Source: Escherichia phage brachmannus
Reading direction: 5' to 3' (one strand)
Sequence record: ON711395.1
DNA length: 51,540 nucleotides
Shown here one piece after another: positions 27,615-36,628 of the stretch. The position numbers and the translations under genes are program-made. The notes beneath the pieces were generated by a model. It was given only the letters and a program-made list of their open reading frames with translations. It did no database searches and had not been told where the DNA came from. Positions within the stretch are counted from its first letter, which is position 1, and each line of letters begins with the position of its first letter.

Positions 27615-28544
27615 TTATAGCAGTGATTCGGGCTTGTAGAGTTTTCTTTCTACTCCCTGTTTAAAATTATCGTTAACAGGCATCATTATGTCAAGCCCTC
27701 TTTCCTCTGCCGCGATTATCACATCACGATCATCTTTCCGGCAGACTACGCGCATTCTTCTTTCTCCTTTATATCTATGCGCAACCATTTCAAGATTTGA
27801 AGGAGTAAAACAGGCCCACACCTCTTGACCAGTTGATAAATGAACATGCTGAGAATCAACCCAATCAAGGCACAAATAGATCGTCTTATCTGTACTACCT
27901 GTTTTAACAACAGATCCTCGCGTGTAGTCGCGAGCTAAAAACCAATCCTTTCCATCCTCATCAATGAAAAGCACGTTACACATTTCATCATCCAGCCCGT
28001 CATCATGCACCAGGTGACAAGGTAGCGCGTGAATGTATCGACCATCCTTGACGCCGCAATCATAATGACAATCTTCCGGCGGATATATCCCCTCATAAAC
28101 GCTTAAAGGTGTGCGATCGAATTTTAATGTTTTTGCCATCACTTTTTCGCAACATTCATGACTTGCCTGTTTCCCGAACGAGTAACCAGAAGAACGCGAA
28201 GCGCATTTGTTTGCTCTGATCCTGTAATCTTGTGGCACTTTTCCGAGGAAGCGGCCCAAAATGTTGATGGCCTCGCTGTAAGGTTCGCCAGTTAATTTCA
28301 TTAACCAACCGATCCCCGTGTCGTTGCCGCACACGTTGCAGATCGCGCCGCCGTCGCCCTCTTCATTTAGCTTATCAGTCCATCTAAAACGATCCTTACC
28401 GCCGCAGTGTGGGCAAGGTTGATGCTTTTTGTTGAAAACATCGCTATGCAGTCCGCAAATGCTTTGTAGTGCTTCACGCCATAACCCCTTCATATATGGC
28501 AAAACATCTTCTTTCTGATAGGTCATAAAGTTTTCAGTATTCAT
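27615..28544 (-). CDS. DNA primase (zinc-binding)
   Basis: CPHCGG...CNVCG zinc ribbon; acidic toprim-like region; ATG at 28542-28544 with GAGGT RBS. Confidence 0.6.
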   Translation of the reverse strand: MNTENFMTYQKEDVLPYMKGLWREALQSICGLHSDVFNKKHQPCPHCGGKDRFRWTDKLNEEGDGGAICNVCGNDTGIGWLMKLTGEPYSEAINILGRFLGKVPQDYRIRANKCASRSSGYSFGKQASHECCEKVMAKTLKFDRTPLSVYEGIYPPEDCHYDCGVKDGRYIHALPCHLVHDDGLDDEMCNVLFIDEDGKDWFLARDYTRGSVVKTGSTDKTIYLCLDWVDSQHVHLSTGQEVWACFTPSNLEMVAHRYKGERRMRVVCRKDDRDVIIAAEERGLDIMMPVNDNFKQGVERKLYKPESLL

Positions 28545-28599
28545 GGCAAACCTCAATAAAAAAGCCCAGCAAATATTATCATTTCGCTGGGCCTTATCA

Positions 28600-29076
28600 T
28601 TAGCTATTCGTGCTGTTATCACCTTTGTAGAATCGTCCGCCTGGTTCGTAGTCTGAATTTTTGACTACGCGCAACATATCGTATTTGTCGCAACGGGTAG
28701 TAAGAGGCTTACCGTTAGAATCAAACCGCAGATCTGGACGACAAAATGATGCGCGGTATCCTTTGCATCCATTATATTTGTAGTCGTTATGCACCTTTTG
28801 TGCTCCAGCGGCTGAAATCATACCACGCTTTCGCCACTGGTTAACGACTTGCTGAGATACGCGCAGACGTCGAGCCATAGCAGGAACGCCGCCGTAATAC
28901 TCGATCAGAATGTCAAGGCGAGATTTCAGGCTTGCTTTTACCTCATCTCGCAGGATAAGAAATCCGGTTCGGTGTTTTCGTGGTTTTTTGTCTTTACCTC
29001 GTCGCGTTCCGTTGTTACCGTTAATAGTGCGCTTGTCGATCTCACCAGTAGATACTGCAATTCGTGCATCTTTCAT
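28600..29076 (-). CDS. HTH DNA-binding protein (putative transcriptional regulator)
   Basis: helix-turn-helix-like segment GVPAMARRLRVSQQVVNQWRKRG; basic N-terminus. Confidence 0.45.
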   Translation of the reverse strand: MKDARIAVSTGEIDKRTINGNNGTRRGKDKKPRKHRTGFLILRDEVKASLKSRLDILIEYYGGVPAMARRLRVSQQVVNQWRKRGMISAAGAQKVHNDYKYNGCKGYRASFCRPDLRFDSNGKPLTTRCDKYDMLRVVKNSDYEPGGRFYKGDNSTNS

Positions 29077-29088
29077 CTAGTCACCTCA

Positions 29089-29107
29089 TAGCATTTTTTG
29101 TTAAAAC
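29089..29107 (+). promoter_or_regulatory. conserved motif copy TAGCATTTTTTGTTAAAAC upstream of helicase
   Basis: TATTAT 22 bp downstream of TTGTTA. Confidence 0.55.
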
Positions 29108-29163
29108 AGTTTATTGTAATGAGTCTATTATATACTCCAAATGGCATTTTTTAAAGGTTTAAG

Positions 29164-31161
29164 ATGATTCCAAATATCGAAAAACAAATATCAGCATTAG
29201 GCGAGGCAGTAATAAAAAGCATCCAAGAGCGATTCACGGTTGGCAATATAGTGCCTTATCCTTATCAGTGCGTTGCGTATGCAGAGATCGCAAAGCGCAT
29301 GAAAAACTATGATCATCCTTTCTTTGTTAAGGCTTCTGTATCGGCTGGCAAAACATTGATGTTTGCGATGGTTGCGGCGCAATGCCGCAAAATGGGATTG
29401 AAAATGATGGTCCTTGCTCGCCAGGCTGAAATTGTTGATCAGGATTCGGAAGAGATCAGCAATCTTGGCGTGCCAAACTCAATCTATTGCGCCGGACTGA
29501 AAACAAAAAGCGCATACTTTCCGATCGTAGTAGGTTCTGAGGGCACTGTAGTAAACGGATTGTTTAAGTCGTTAGGTGATTATGTTCCGCACGTTATCGG
29601 TATTGATGAATGTCACCAGGTGGATTGGGAGGATCTCGCGGACGCGATAGAAAATAATGAATCTTACCAGCAGATGACCACTAAGAAGGATTTGCCTGTA
29701 CTGATTGGAGAAGAACAGCAATTTGATTCCAATGGCGATCCAATGTTCGGAACAGGGCGCACACAGTACACCGTAATAATCATGGAAATGATGCGTAGGT
29801 GTCGCGAGGCATACGGGCACGAATTGCGAATATTCGGCATGACTGGATCTGAGTTTCGCGGCGTGGTTACAATACTGGTTGAAGATAAGAACAAAAAGGG
29901 ATTCTGGCGTGAGCAGGTGACTAACATAGACACAAACTACTTAATCAAATTCGGTTCGGTAGTGCCAACAAACTTCGGCGACGTAGGCGACCTGGGTTAT
30001 GACCTTTCAGAGTTCGAAGCCAGTAGCGAGGATGGCGTTTCAGACTTTGACGCTAAAACATTGCGCAAGATGGAAGAAAAGATCCATCAAGACGCAACAA
30101 TGACACAGAAAATCATGGCTAAAGTCCATGAGATATGCAAAGACAGGAACGGAGTTTTAGTTACATGCGCAGGGGAAAGGCACTGCAAGGAGGCCGCCGC
30201 CGCACTGCCGCCAGGCGTTGAATACAGGATCATAACTGGCAAGACTGGAGATAATCAGCGTAAAGAGTGGCTGAGGGAGGCATACGAGGGAAAAGTAAAA
30301 TACATCTTCCAGGTACAGGCGCTTACCACTGGCGTTAACGTTCCGTTTTGGGATACTTCGGTAATACTGAGAAAAATAGGATCTCTAACATTGCTTATCC
30401 AGCTTTTGGGGCGCGGCATGCGACTGCTTAAGCAATGGCACATTGAGCAGGGATTCAAGAAAAAAGATCATCTTGTATTGGATTTTGCAGGTACTATGGA
30501 TGAGTTAGGTGATTTGTATTTCGATCCAATCCTTGAGCAAGCGCAATTCCAAAAGAGATTTACAAACGGGAAAGAGCCTAAGACTTGTCCGATATGTGGA
30601 ACGCTAAACAGCTTTTACGCTCGCCGATGTATGCACGTAGACGATAACGGGAAGCGATGTGAGCATTTTTGGACTTACAGAATTTGCGAGGATCAGGTAG
30701 ATCAGAGAACGAAAAAGATAATCAAGCGCGGTTGCGGAACAAAAAACGACGTAGTGGCGAGAGTATGCCGTTGTTGCGATATTTCTCTTGTCGATCCTAA
30801 CGAGAAGTTAAGCGGTAAGCACTACACCAAAAACGATTGGTGCAACGTTAAATCTTTCCGCGTTGATATGACGAAAAACCAGAAAGGAATTATTTTTTGC
30901 TATGAGCTTGAGGCCAACGGCGATACGTTCAAGGCATACGAAAGATTTTTCCCTGAGTCAGAAAGCAACATTTGCCGGACGATATGGAGAAAAATAGCAT
31001 TGCAGCACATACCGGATCGCAAGATTGCTGGTATGGTGGCGAGCTATAGAAATGCTCGTAAAATAATGTCATACGCTCATCACATCATGCCGCCTGTACG
31101 CGTAACGCATCGCAAAAACGGCAAAGGTGAGGATAACATTGCAAAACGGGAGTTTGTTTAA
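29164..31161 (+). CDS. SF2 DNA helicase (DExH-box) with C-terminal Cys-rich domain
   Basis: Walker A SVSAGKT, DECH box, multiple CxxC pairs in C-terminal third. Confidence 0.75.
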   Translation: MIPNIEKQISALGEAVIKSIQERFTVGNIVPYPYQCVAYAEIAKRMKNYDHPFFVKASVSAGKTLMFAMVAAQCRKMGLKMMVLARQAEIVDQDSEEISNLGVPNSIYCAGLKTKSAYFPIVVGSEGTVVNGLFKSLGDYVPHVIGIDECHQVDWEDLADAIENNESYQQMTTKKDLPVLIGEEQQFDSNGDPMFGTGRTQYTVIIMEMMRRCREAYGHELRIFGMTGSEFRGVVTILVEDKNKKGFWREQVTNIDTNYLIKFGSVVPTNFGDVGDLGYDLSEFEASSEDGVSDFDAKTLRKMEEKIHQDATMTQKIMAKVHEICKDRNGVLVTCAGERHCKEAAAALPPGVEYRIITGKTGDNQRKEWLREAYEGKVKYIFQVQALTTGVNVPFWDTSVILRKIGSLTLLIQLLGRGMRLLKQWHIEQGFKKKDHLVLDFAGTMDELGDLYFDPILEQAQFQKRFTNGKEPKTCPICGTLNSFYARRCMHVDDNGKRCEHFWTYRICEDQVDQRTKKIIKRGCGTKNDVVARVCRCCDISLVDPNEKLSGKHYTKNDWCNVKSFRVDMTKNQKGIIFCYELEANGDTFKAYERFFPESESNICRTIWRKIALQHIPDRKIAGMVASYRNARKIMSYAHHIMPPVRVTHRKNGKGEDNIAKREFV

Positions 31162-31580
31162 TGGCTATAACTGATAAAGGAGATTATCTTGAGTTTTACG
31201 AAAGAGATCCAACCGACACGAGAAAGGAAGTTAATCACCAGATAGATAGCTTTCAGTGGTTGACTTATGCTCATCCTTATTTGCTAGCGTGGCATACGGT
31301 AAACGAGAATGAGAAGTCGAAAGTAACGGCGATGATTGATCAGCAGTCCGGCTTGGTTAAGGGGGTAAGCGATTTCATCATCCTGATTGGTTCAAACGGA
31401 AAATACCCCTTTGCAGCGATTGAGATCAAACGAGTGAATAAATCAGGCAAGGGGAAAGCATCACCAGTCAGCGATGAACAAAAGGCTTTTTTGCGTCGCG
31501 TTCGCAGCTTAGGAGGATTCGCTGCGGTCGCCTACGGATTTAATCAGTTTAAGTTAGCTATTGAATACATGCTTAAATAG
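31161..31580 (+). CDS. VRR-NUC-like PD-(D/E)XK nuclease
   Basis: motif GVSDFIIL...AIEIK; start overlaps helicase stop. Confidence 0.5.
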   Translation: MAITDKGDYLEFYERDPTDTRKEVNHQIDSFQWLTYAHPYLLAWHTVNENEKSKVTAMIDQQSGLVKGVSDFIILIGSNGKYPFAAIEIKRVNKSGKGKASPVSDEQKAFLRRVRSLGGFAAVAYGFNQFKLAIEYMLK

Positions 31581-31596
31581 CACTTTTTGTTAAAAC
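31578..31596 (+). promoter_or_regulatory. conserved motif TAGCACTTTTTGTTAAAAC + hairpin + ATAAT
   Basis: overlaps stop TAG of VRR-NUC gene; hairpin TGGCGC...GCGCCA. Confidence 0.6.
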
Positions 31597-31660
31597 TGGC
31601 GCGATGGATTGCGCCATAATTCAATAACACGAGATGGCTTTTGATAGCGGAGAAATGAAA

Positions 31661-32386
31661 ATGGCTAAAGATATTTTAGATAAAGACACCCATGACGCAT
31701 TTGTTAGCTTTGAGCAGTTGGAGAGAGAAACGTTTATAGGAAATGCTCTTGCAACTGGAGGCCATTACCAAGCAGTAAAGCCAAATCAATATTATAAGGT
31801 AAGCGGCAACCGATACGCTGGAAGCACTACGCCGGACGTTGTGCGCGATATGTGGAGCACACCTCAAGAGATCGTGGAGTGGATGGAATCAGAATTTGGC
31901 GAATACGATCTCGACGCGGCAGCAAGCCAGGAAAACGCAGTTTGCGAGAAGTTCTATAGCAAGAAAACAAACTGCTTAAAGCGTTGGTGGGGTAGCAACA
32001 AGCACGTATGGCTTAACCCGCCGTACAGCAACCCAACTCCATTTATCAAGAAAGCAATTGAGCAAATGGAGCACAACAACCAAATTGATGTTTTGTTGCC
32101 ATCCGACAACTCTACAGCATGGTTTTATGAGGCGCAGAAAAACGCGGCTGAAATCATCTGGATCACTGGCGAGGTTTACGAAGAGGGGGGAGTGGAATAT
32201 TCCCGCACCGGAAGAATCGCCTTTGTGTCTGGATTGACTGGCGAGCCTGTACAGGGCAACAATAAGGGAAGCGTGATTTTTGTCATGCGCAAACTTAAAG
32301 AAGGCGAGGAGCAGAAAACGCGATACGTTAAGATCAGCGATATTTGCCCCTCTGTAACCGAACGCCGCGCGCGCAAACGGAGCTAA
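31661..32386 (+). CDS. dam: DNA N6-adenine methyltransferase (phage Dam-type)
   Basis: LNPPYSN catalytic motif; ATG 31661 with GGAG RBS (track start 31634 alternative). Confidence 0.8.
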   Translation: MAKDILDKDTHDAFVSFEQLERETFIGNALATGGHYQAVKPNQYYKVSGNRYAGSTTPDVVRDMWSTPQEIVEWMESEFGEYDLDAAASQENAVCEKFYSKKTNCLKRWWGSNKHVWLNPPYSNPTPFIKKAIEQMEHNNQIDVLLPSDNSTAWFYEAQKNAAEIIWITGEVYEEGGVEYSRTGRIAFVSGLTGEPVQGNNKGSVIFVMRKLKEGEEQKTRYVKISDICPSVTERRARKRS

Positions 32387-32390
32387 CACG

Positions 32391-32648
32391 ATGAAAAAAG
32401 AGAGAAGCGTTTATTTAAATGAAACTGGCGAGTGGTTGTTATTTCGCGCTATGGTGTGCGATGCACTTGATAAAAACCCTAACGTGAAAAAGATGATTGA
32501 TTGCGATCCGTGGGAATTTTCAAGCGCATTAGATATGAGCTTTGATGAGACAAGAAAACTCCCTCTTGAAAAATGGCACGAACAAATCAGAAATGATATG
32601 CAAGAGTTTGTAGATTCGTGGAATTTTCAGAACGGAATGATCCACTAA
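32391..32648 (+). CDS. hypothetical protein
   Basis: 85-aa ORF, ends at TAATAG preceding motif copy. Confidence 0.5.
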   Translation: MKKERSVYLNETGEWLLFRAMVCDALDKNPNVKKMIDCDPWEFSSALDMSFDETRKLPLEKWHEQIRNDMQEFVDSWNFQNGMIH

Positions 32649-32667
32649 TAGCACTTTTTGTTAAAAC
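32649..32667 (+). promoter_or_regulatory. conserved motif + hairpin + CATAAT
   Basis: after TAATAG; downstream leader TCATCGAAACGA...GAGGAAA shared with the 43503 copy. Confidence 0.6.
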
Positions 32668-32723
32668 GCCCGGCATTTTGTCGGGCATAATTATTTCATC
32701 GAAACGAACGTGAGGAAATGAAA

Positions 32724-32903
32724 ATGGTAGTATATAGCAAGAAAGCATTTGACCAGGCGCAACAAGCCGCACGCGAGGCGGTAAAAGGTGGAACGAAAAA
32801 CAATATGCAGCTTGATTGGGGCGCTGCAATGATTCTACTTCGCGTTGCATATGGTCACTACCCATTAGAATTTGCGGAGGCATATTATAAGCATGAAGGT
32901 TGA
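32724..32903 (+). CDS. hypothetical protein
   Basis: ATG after GAGGAAATGAAA leader conserved with other early genes. Confidence 0.45.
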   Translation: MVVYSKKAFDQAQQAAREAVKGGTKNNMQLDWGAAMILLRVAYGHYPLEFAEAYYKHEG

Positions 32904-33135
32904 ACAAGGTAGAGAGGCGGTATGGAATCACGCTAAAGAATGCGGAATAGCCGACGATATAAAGAAGATCGCGCAATACTTTGATATTGCAGATGTGAGC
33001 ATAATTAGCGGTGATAAGATGACTTTCCTCAAGGAAAGGCCGCGAAAAATGGTAAGAGTTCCAGCAGTTCCAACAAAAATTGATTTCAAAGAGGCAATGG
33101 CTAAAATCCGAGAGCCTCGCAAATATTATAAATGA
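32893..33135 (+). CDS. hypothetical protein
   Basis: ATG 32893 overlapping previous stop (track start 32872 is TTG). Confidence 0.4.
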   Translation: MKVEQGREAVWNHAKECGIADDIKKIAQYFDIADVSIISGDKMTFLKERPRKMVRVPAVPTKIDFKEAMAKIREPRKYYK

Positions 33136-33229
33136 GGATAGTTATCATGTGGCGCTTGTTTGTTCTACCGTTACCCGTTATCATCGCTGTTACAGTTATG
33201 TACCATATAGTGATGAGATAGGTAGCAGA

Positions 33230-34345
33230 ATGAAAAATGTAAAAATTACAGATGAGCAATTCAAGATCGAACGGGCGGCTGGTAAGACATATAAACAGAT
33301 CGCTCAAGAGTACGGAATGAATGTGAGAAGCGTCGAGCGTCGCGCGGCGCGACTTGCAAAGCAAGGCCAAGTATCCACAATTGGAGCGCCTGGTTTTGGC
33401 GTTCATGGTGAGTCAGTAATGACTGACAAAGAAGGCAACATAATCCTAAAGTGGACTAAAACCAGCAAGGATAAAGAGCAATTAGAAGCATTAATGCGCG
33501 CAGCAATGGAGGCATTTAGCGAGGAAGTGCCGCGATTAGATCCGGTTCCATTACAGGAGCGCGACTATAACGAAACGCTTTCCTTGTATCCGATCTTTGA
33601 CATGCACTTAGGCGCTATGGCCCATAAGCACGAATGCGGCGAAAATTGGGATACTGCCACGGCAGAGCGCGTTATGAATAACTTTATCGACTATGCTTTA
33701 ATGTGCGCACCGGATAGCGAAAAGGCTGTCATCCTGATTGGCGGCGATATGCTGCATAGCGACGGCCTGGAGGCGGTTACACCTGCAAGCGGTCACGTAC
33801 TGGATCAAGATAGTCGATATGCAAAATTGGTTTACGTTGCCATCCGTGCAATGCGACGCGCAATCAATAAAATGTTGTTAAAGCATAAACATGTTGAAGT
33901 CCAGATCGTAGAGGGCAATCATGACCAATCAGGAATGATTTGGCTACGCGCAGCAATGGCGGCAGCATATGAAAACGAGCCGCGCGTTTACGTTGATGTT
34001 TCCCCTCGCGTTGTGCACCACACGCAATACGGAAAAACTTTCCTTGCGTACCATCACGGGCACACAGTGCGTAAACCGGAGGCTTTGCTAATGATGTGCG
34101 CGTCAGATTGGCGGGAGGACTTCGGAAACTCAAAAACGATGTATGCGCACGTAGGGCACTGGCATCACCAGACCGTGACAGAAACGTCTCTTGGCATCGT
34201 TGAGGTGCATAGCACCCTGGCGGCAAAAGACGCATACGCAGCGCGCGGTGGCTGGCGATCTCGACGCCGTGCGGCGGTTATCATTTACGACAAAGAGCAT
34301 GGAGAGGTTGGGCGATTTGTTCACTATCCAGAAATGATGAATTGA
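33230..34345 (+). CDS. calcineurin-like metallophosphoesterase with N-terminal HTH-like region
   Basis: motifs GDMLHSDG, EGNHD, HHGH, GHWHH; N-terminal KQIAQEYGMNVRSVERRAARL HTH-like. Confidence 0.5.
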   Translation: MKNVKITDEQFKIERAAGKTYKQIAQEYGMNVRSVERRAARLAKQGQVSTIGAPGFGVHGESVMTDKEGNIILKWTKTSKDKEQLEALMRAAMEAFSEEVPRLDPVPLQERDYNETLSLYPIFDMHLGAMAHKHECGENWDTATAERVMNNFIDYALMCAPDSEKAVILIGGDMLHSDGLEAVTPASGHVLDQDSRYAKLVYVAIRAMRRAINKMLLKHKHVEVQIVEGNHDQSGMIWLRAAMAAAYENEPRVYVDVSPRVVHHTQYGKTFLAYHHGHTVRKPEALLMMCASDWREDFGNSKTMYAHVGHWHHQTVTETSLGIVEVHSTLAAKDAYAARGGWRSRRRAAVIIYDKEHGEVGRFVHYPEMMN

Positions 34346-34389
34346 TGAATTTTTATTTAAATCAATGACAAATTAAATCAAAAACTTGC

Positions 34390-34421
34390 AAAGGGGCGGC
34401 GTTTGTCGCCTCTTTTTTTTG
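34390..34421 (+). terminator. terminator after phosphoesterase gene, before lysis cassette
   Basis: GC-rich hairpin then T8. Confidence 0.6.
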
Positions 34422-34490
34422 TTTAATTTTTTACCATGTACGTTTATCATGCGGTCAATATATTGACTTTAATTAATATGGAGAATAAAA

Positions 34491-34706
34491 ATGAAAGATT
34501 TTATTAACGCAGCTACCGCTGGATCTGGCGGTTCATCTATCGCAAGCGCCGCTACAGGGCAGTTAACCATTGCTATTGCCAGCTTTGTTTTAATGGCTGC
34601 ATTCGGTGCATGGGGCGCTTACCTTCGCTGGCGTGATAGTAAAAAATTCCACGAGGCGATCGAAAAAGGTGATATTCAAAAAGCTATTGAGATCAGGGGC
34701 AAGTAA
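34491..34706 (+). CDS. holin
   Basis: 71 aa, single hydrophobic TMD, charged C-terminus, immediately upstream of endolysin. Confidence 0.6.
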   Translation: MKDFINAATAGSGGSSIASAATGQLTIAIASFVLMAAFGAWGAYLRWRDSKKFHEAIEKGDIQKAIEIRGK

Positions 34707-35197
34707 TGAGCATAAAGAACAGGGTAGCGGCTGCGGCCTTTGGCGTTGCGGTTGCCTTGACTTCTCCACTTCTTGAAGAGATCGAAGGTGTAAGATACAA
34801 GCCATACAAAGATATTGCTGGAGTATGGACGGTTTGCGCAGGAATCACCGGACCAGATGTTATCCTGGGGAAAACGTACACTAAAAAAGAGTGTGATGCT
34901 TTGTTGGCTAAGCATATCCAGGTTGCTAAAAAGGAAGTTGATAAGCAAGTTAAGGTTGACATTCCTGATAGTATGCGTGCAGCAATGTACTCATTCACCT
35001 ACAATGCAGGTGTGGGAGCTTTCAGAAATTCAACAATGCTGAAACTCATCAACCAGGGGAAATTAAGCGAGGCTTGCGATCAGCTTTATCGTTGGACGTA
35101 TTACCATAACCCAAAAACAGGAAAGCGCGAGAAGTCTAAAGGCTTACTTAACAGGCGCAAGGTCGAATACAAATATTGCACAATGGATCTGAAATGA
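34706..35197 (+). CDS. SAR endolysin (GH24 lysozyme)
   Basis: N-terminal signal-anchor-release-like hydrophobic segment; catalytic E-x8-D-x5-T motif ([16 protein letters not shown]). Confidence 0.8.
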   Translation: MSIKNRVAAAAFGVAVALTSPLLEEIEGVRYKPYKDIAGVWTVCAGITGPDVILGKTYTKKECDALLAKHIQVAKKEVDKQVKVDIPDSMRAAMYSFTYNAGVGAFRNSTMLKLINQGKLSEACDQLYRWTYYHNPKTGKREKSKGLLNRRKVEYKYCTMDLK

Positions 35198-35589
35198 TGA
35201 AGAAATTTTTAATCGCACCAATCGCAATGGCGGTGATCTTGTCTGGATGTTCAAGCGTTACGCCACTGACCGGATTAATCGGCAGTAAGCCGGAAATCAC
35301 AGCACAGGCTGGCGCGGAGAACGTGAAGCAGACAGTCGGCATTACAGCAAAGCAGGACACTAGCACAAAACAGGAAACCACAATAAAGGAATCTGCGGTT
35401 GATAAGGTGGACACGTCCAGCAAGAAGGATTTCACAACATCAACCATTCAGGCCAATACCATCAAGGCAGACAAAATTCAGGTCGTGCAGGGTAATAACG
35501 GCAGATGGTACGATCCAATAATCATATGCGTGGTTGTGTTCATTGTGCTGATTTGTCTTTACTGGAGGGAAAAGAAAAAGGAGGCTTAA
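35194..35589 (+). CDS. unimolecular spanin (u-spanin, T1 gp11-like)
   Basis: N-terminal lipoprotein signal with lipobox LSGC plus C-terminal transmembrane helix; start overlaps endolysin stop. Confidence 0.7.
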   Translation: MMKKFLIAPIAMAVILSGCSSVTPLTGLIGSKPEITAQAGAENVKQTVGITAKQDTSTKQETTIKESAVDKVDTSSKKDFTTSTIQANTIKADKIQVVQGNNGRWYDPIIICVVVFIVLICLYWREKKKEA

Positions 35590-35603
35590 TGCCTCCTTTG
35601 TTA
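35574..35603. terminator. bidirectional terminator after lysis cassette
   Basis: AGGAGGC-TTAAT-GCCTCCT with flanking A and T tracts. Confidence 0.6.
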
Positions 35604-35783
35604 TTCGATACGCTTTACAGTAACCAACAAAACGCCGTCTTCATCACACAAATTATGCTCTGATATATCAAACGCTCGCATGTCAGAATGAATGAGCGTT
35701 AACATTGCGTGCATGAAGTCGTCATGTGAGATTTGAGAAGTGGCGCAAAATTTAAGAATTTCATCTATCAGTTTACTTTCCAT
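35601..35783 (-). CDS. hypothetical protein
   Basis: about 60 aa from internal ATG (MESKLIDE...). Confidence 0.35.
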   Translation of the reverse strand: MESKLIDEILKFCATSQISHDDFMHAMLTLIHSDMRAFDISEHNLCDEDGVLLVTVKRIE

Positions 35784-36246
35784 GATTTTTGTGGTAGCCA
35801 AATTTAACCTCCGCCTGTTCCCTTGCCTTAATTGCATCATCAAGACTTAAAAAATATCCTAAATGCACGCTCTTACCGTTATCATATATAGTTGCGTGCC
35901 ATCTTTTGTTTTTCTTATTCCAGCAAACACCAACTCGACCAGAGTTATTTCTTTTTAGTAGAGATACGTTTTTGCTGTTATCTAATCTTGATGCAAGCCT
36001 TAGATTTTCAATTCTGTTATCGCTCCTATTGTGCCATATATGGTCTATTTCCATTCCTTCTGGTATTTTTCCATTGTGCATTTCCCATATTATCCTATGC
36101 GCCAAAAACAATACACCATTATACCTTATTCTCACATATCCATTTTCACATACACATCCCGCAACGCTTCCAGGCTTTGCTTTCCCTCTTCTGTTTCTCC
36201 ATCTCAATATTCCATTGTCATATATAAATACTTCATTCCAATCCAT
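35773..36246 (-). CDS. HNH homing endonuclease with AP2-like domain (paralog of 16428-16904)
   Basis: EIDHIWHN...NLRL HNH motif; AT-rich, AGA/AGG codons; similar to first HNH gene. Confidence 0.8.
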   Translation of the reverse strand: MDWNEVFIYDNGILRWRNRRGKAKPGSVAGCVCENGYVRIRYNGVLFLAHRIIWEMHNGKIPEGMEIDHIWHNRSDNRIENLRLASRLDNSKNVSLLKRNNSGRVGVCWNKKNKRWHATIYDNGKSVHLGYFLSLDDAIKAREQAEVKFGYHKNHGK

Positions 36247-36628
36247 ATCTTTTCCTTAGAGCTTTTATTTGTTGTCTATTAGCTTTTGCCTGGAACAATT
36301 CATCATCGCCCATCTCCCCTATTCTCGCCATATCCCTGATCCAGTCGTTGCGCATACCATCCAGGCTATACAATTCGAATCCGAAAGGCCGCTTTGACGA
36401 TCCTTTGGACCAGTATTTACCGCAGACCCCATCTATATAGCCAGCCGTCATCATTCTTGCGCAAAATTCCTTAGATGTAAGGCTGGCGAACATTCGCGGC
36501 GTAAGTCCGGCGGCCCGTGCGAGCCGCTCGCATTCTCTATGCTGATAGATAAATTTGGCTATGTGCTGCCTGTTAAACCAGTCGTATGACTCACACCATT
36601 TATACAGATCAAGCAAAAACATAATCAT
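36233..36628 (-). CDS. hypothetical protein
   Basis: 131-aa ORF, overlapping neighbours. Confidence 0.45.
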   Translation of the reverse strand: MIMFLLDLYKWCESYDWFNRQHIAKFIYQHRECERLARAAGLTPRMFASLTSKEFCARMMTAGYIDGVCGKYWSKGSSKRPFGFELYSLDGMRNDWIRDMARIGEMGDDELFQAKANRQQIKALRKRYGLE

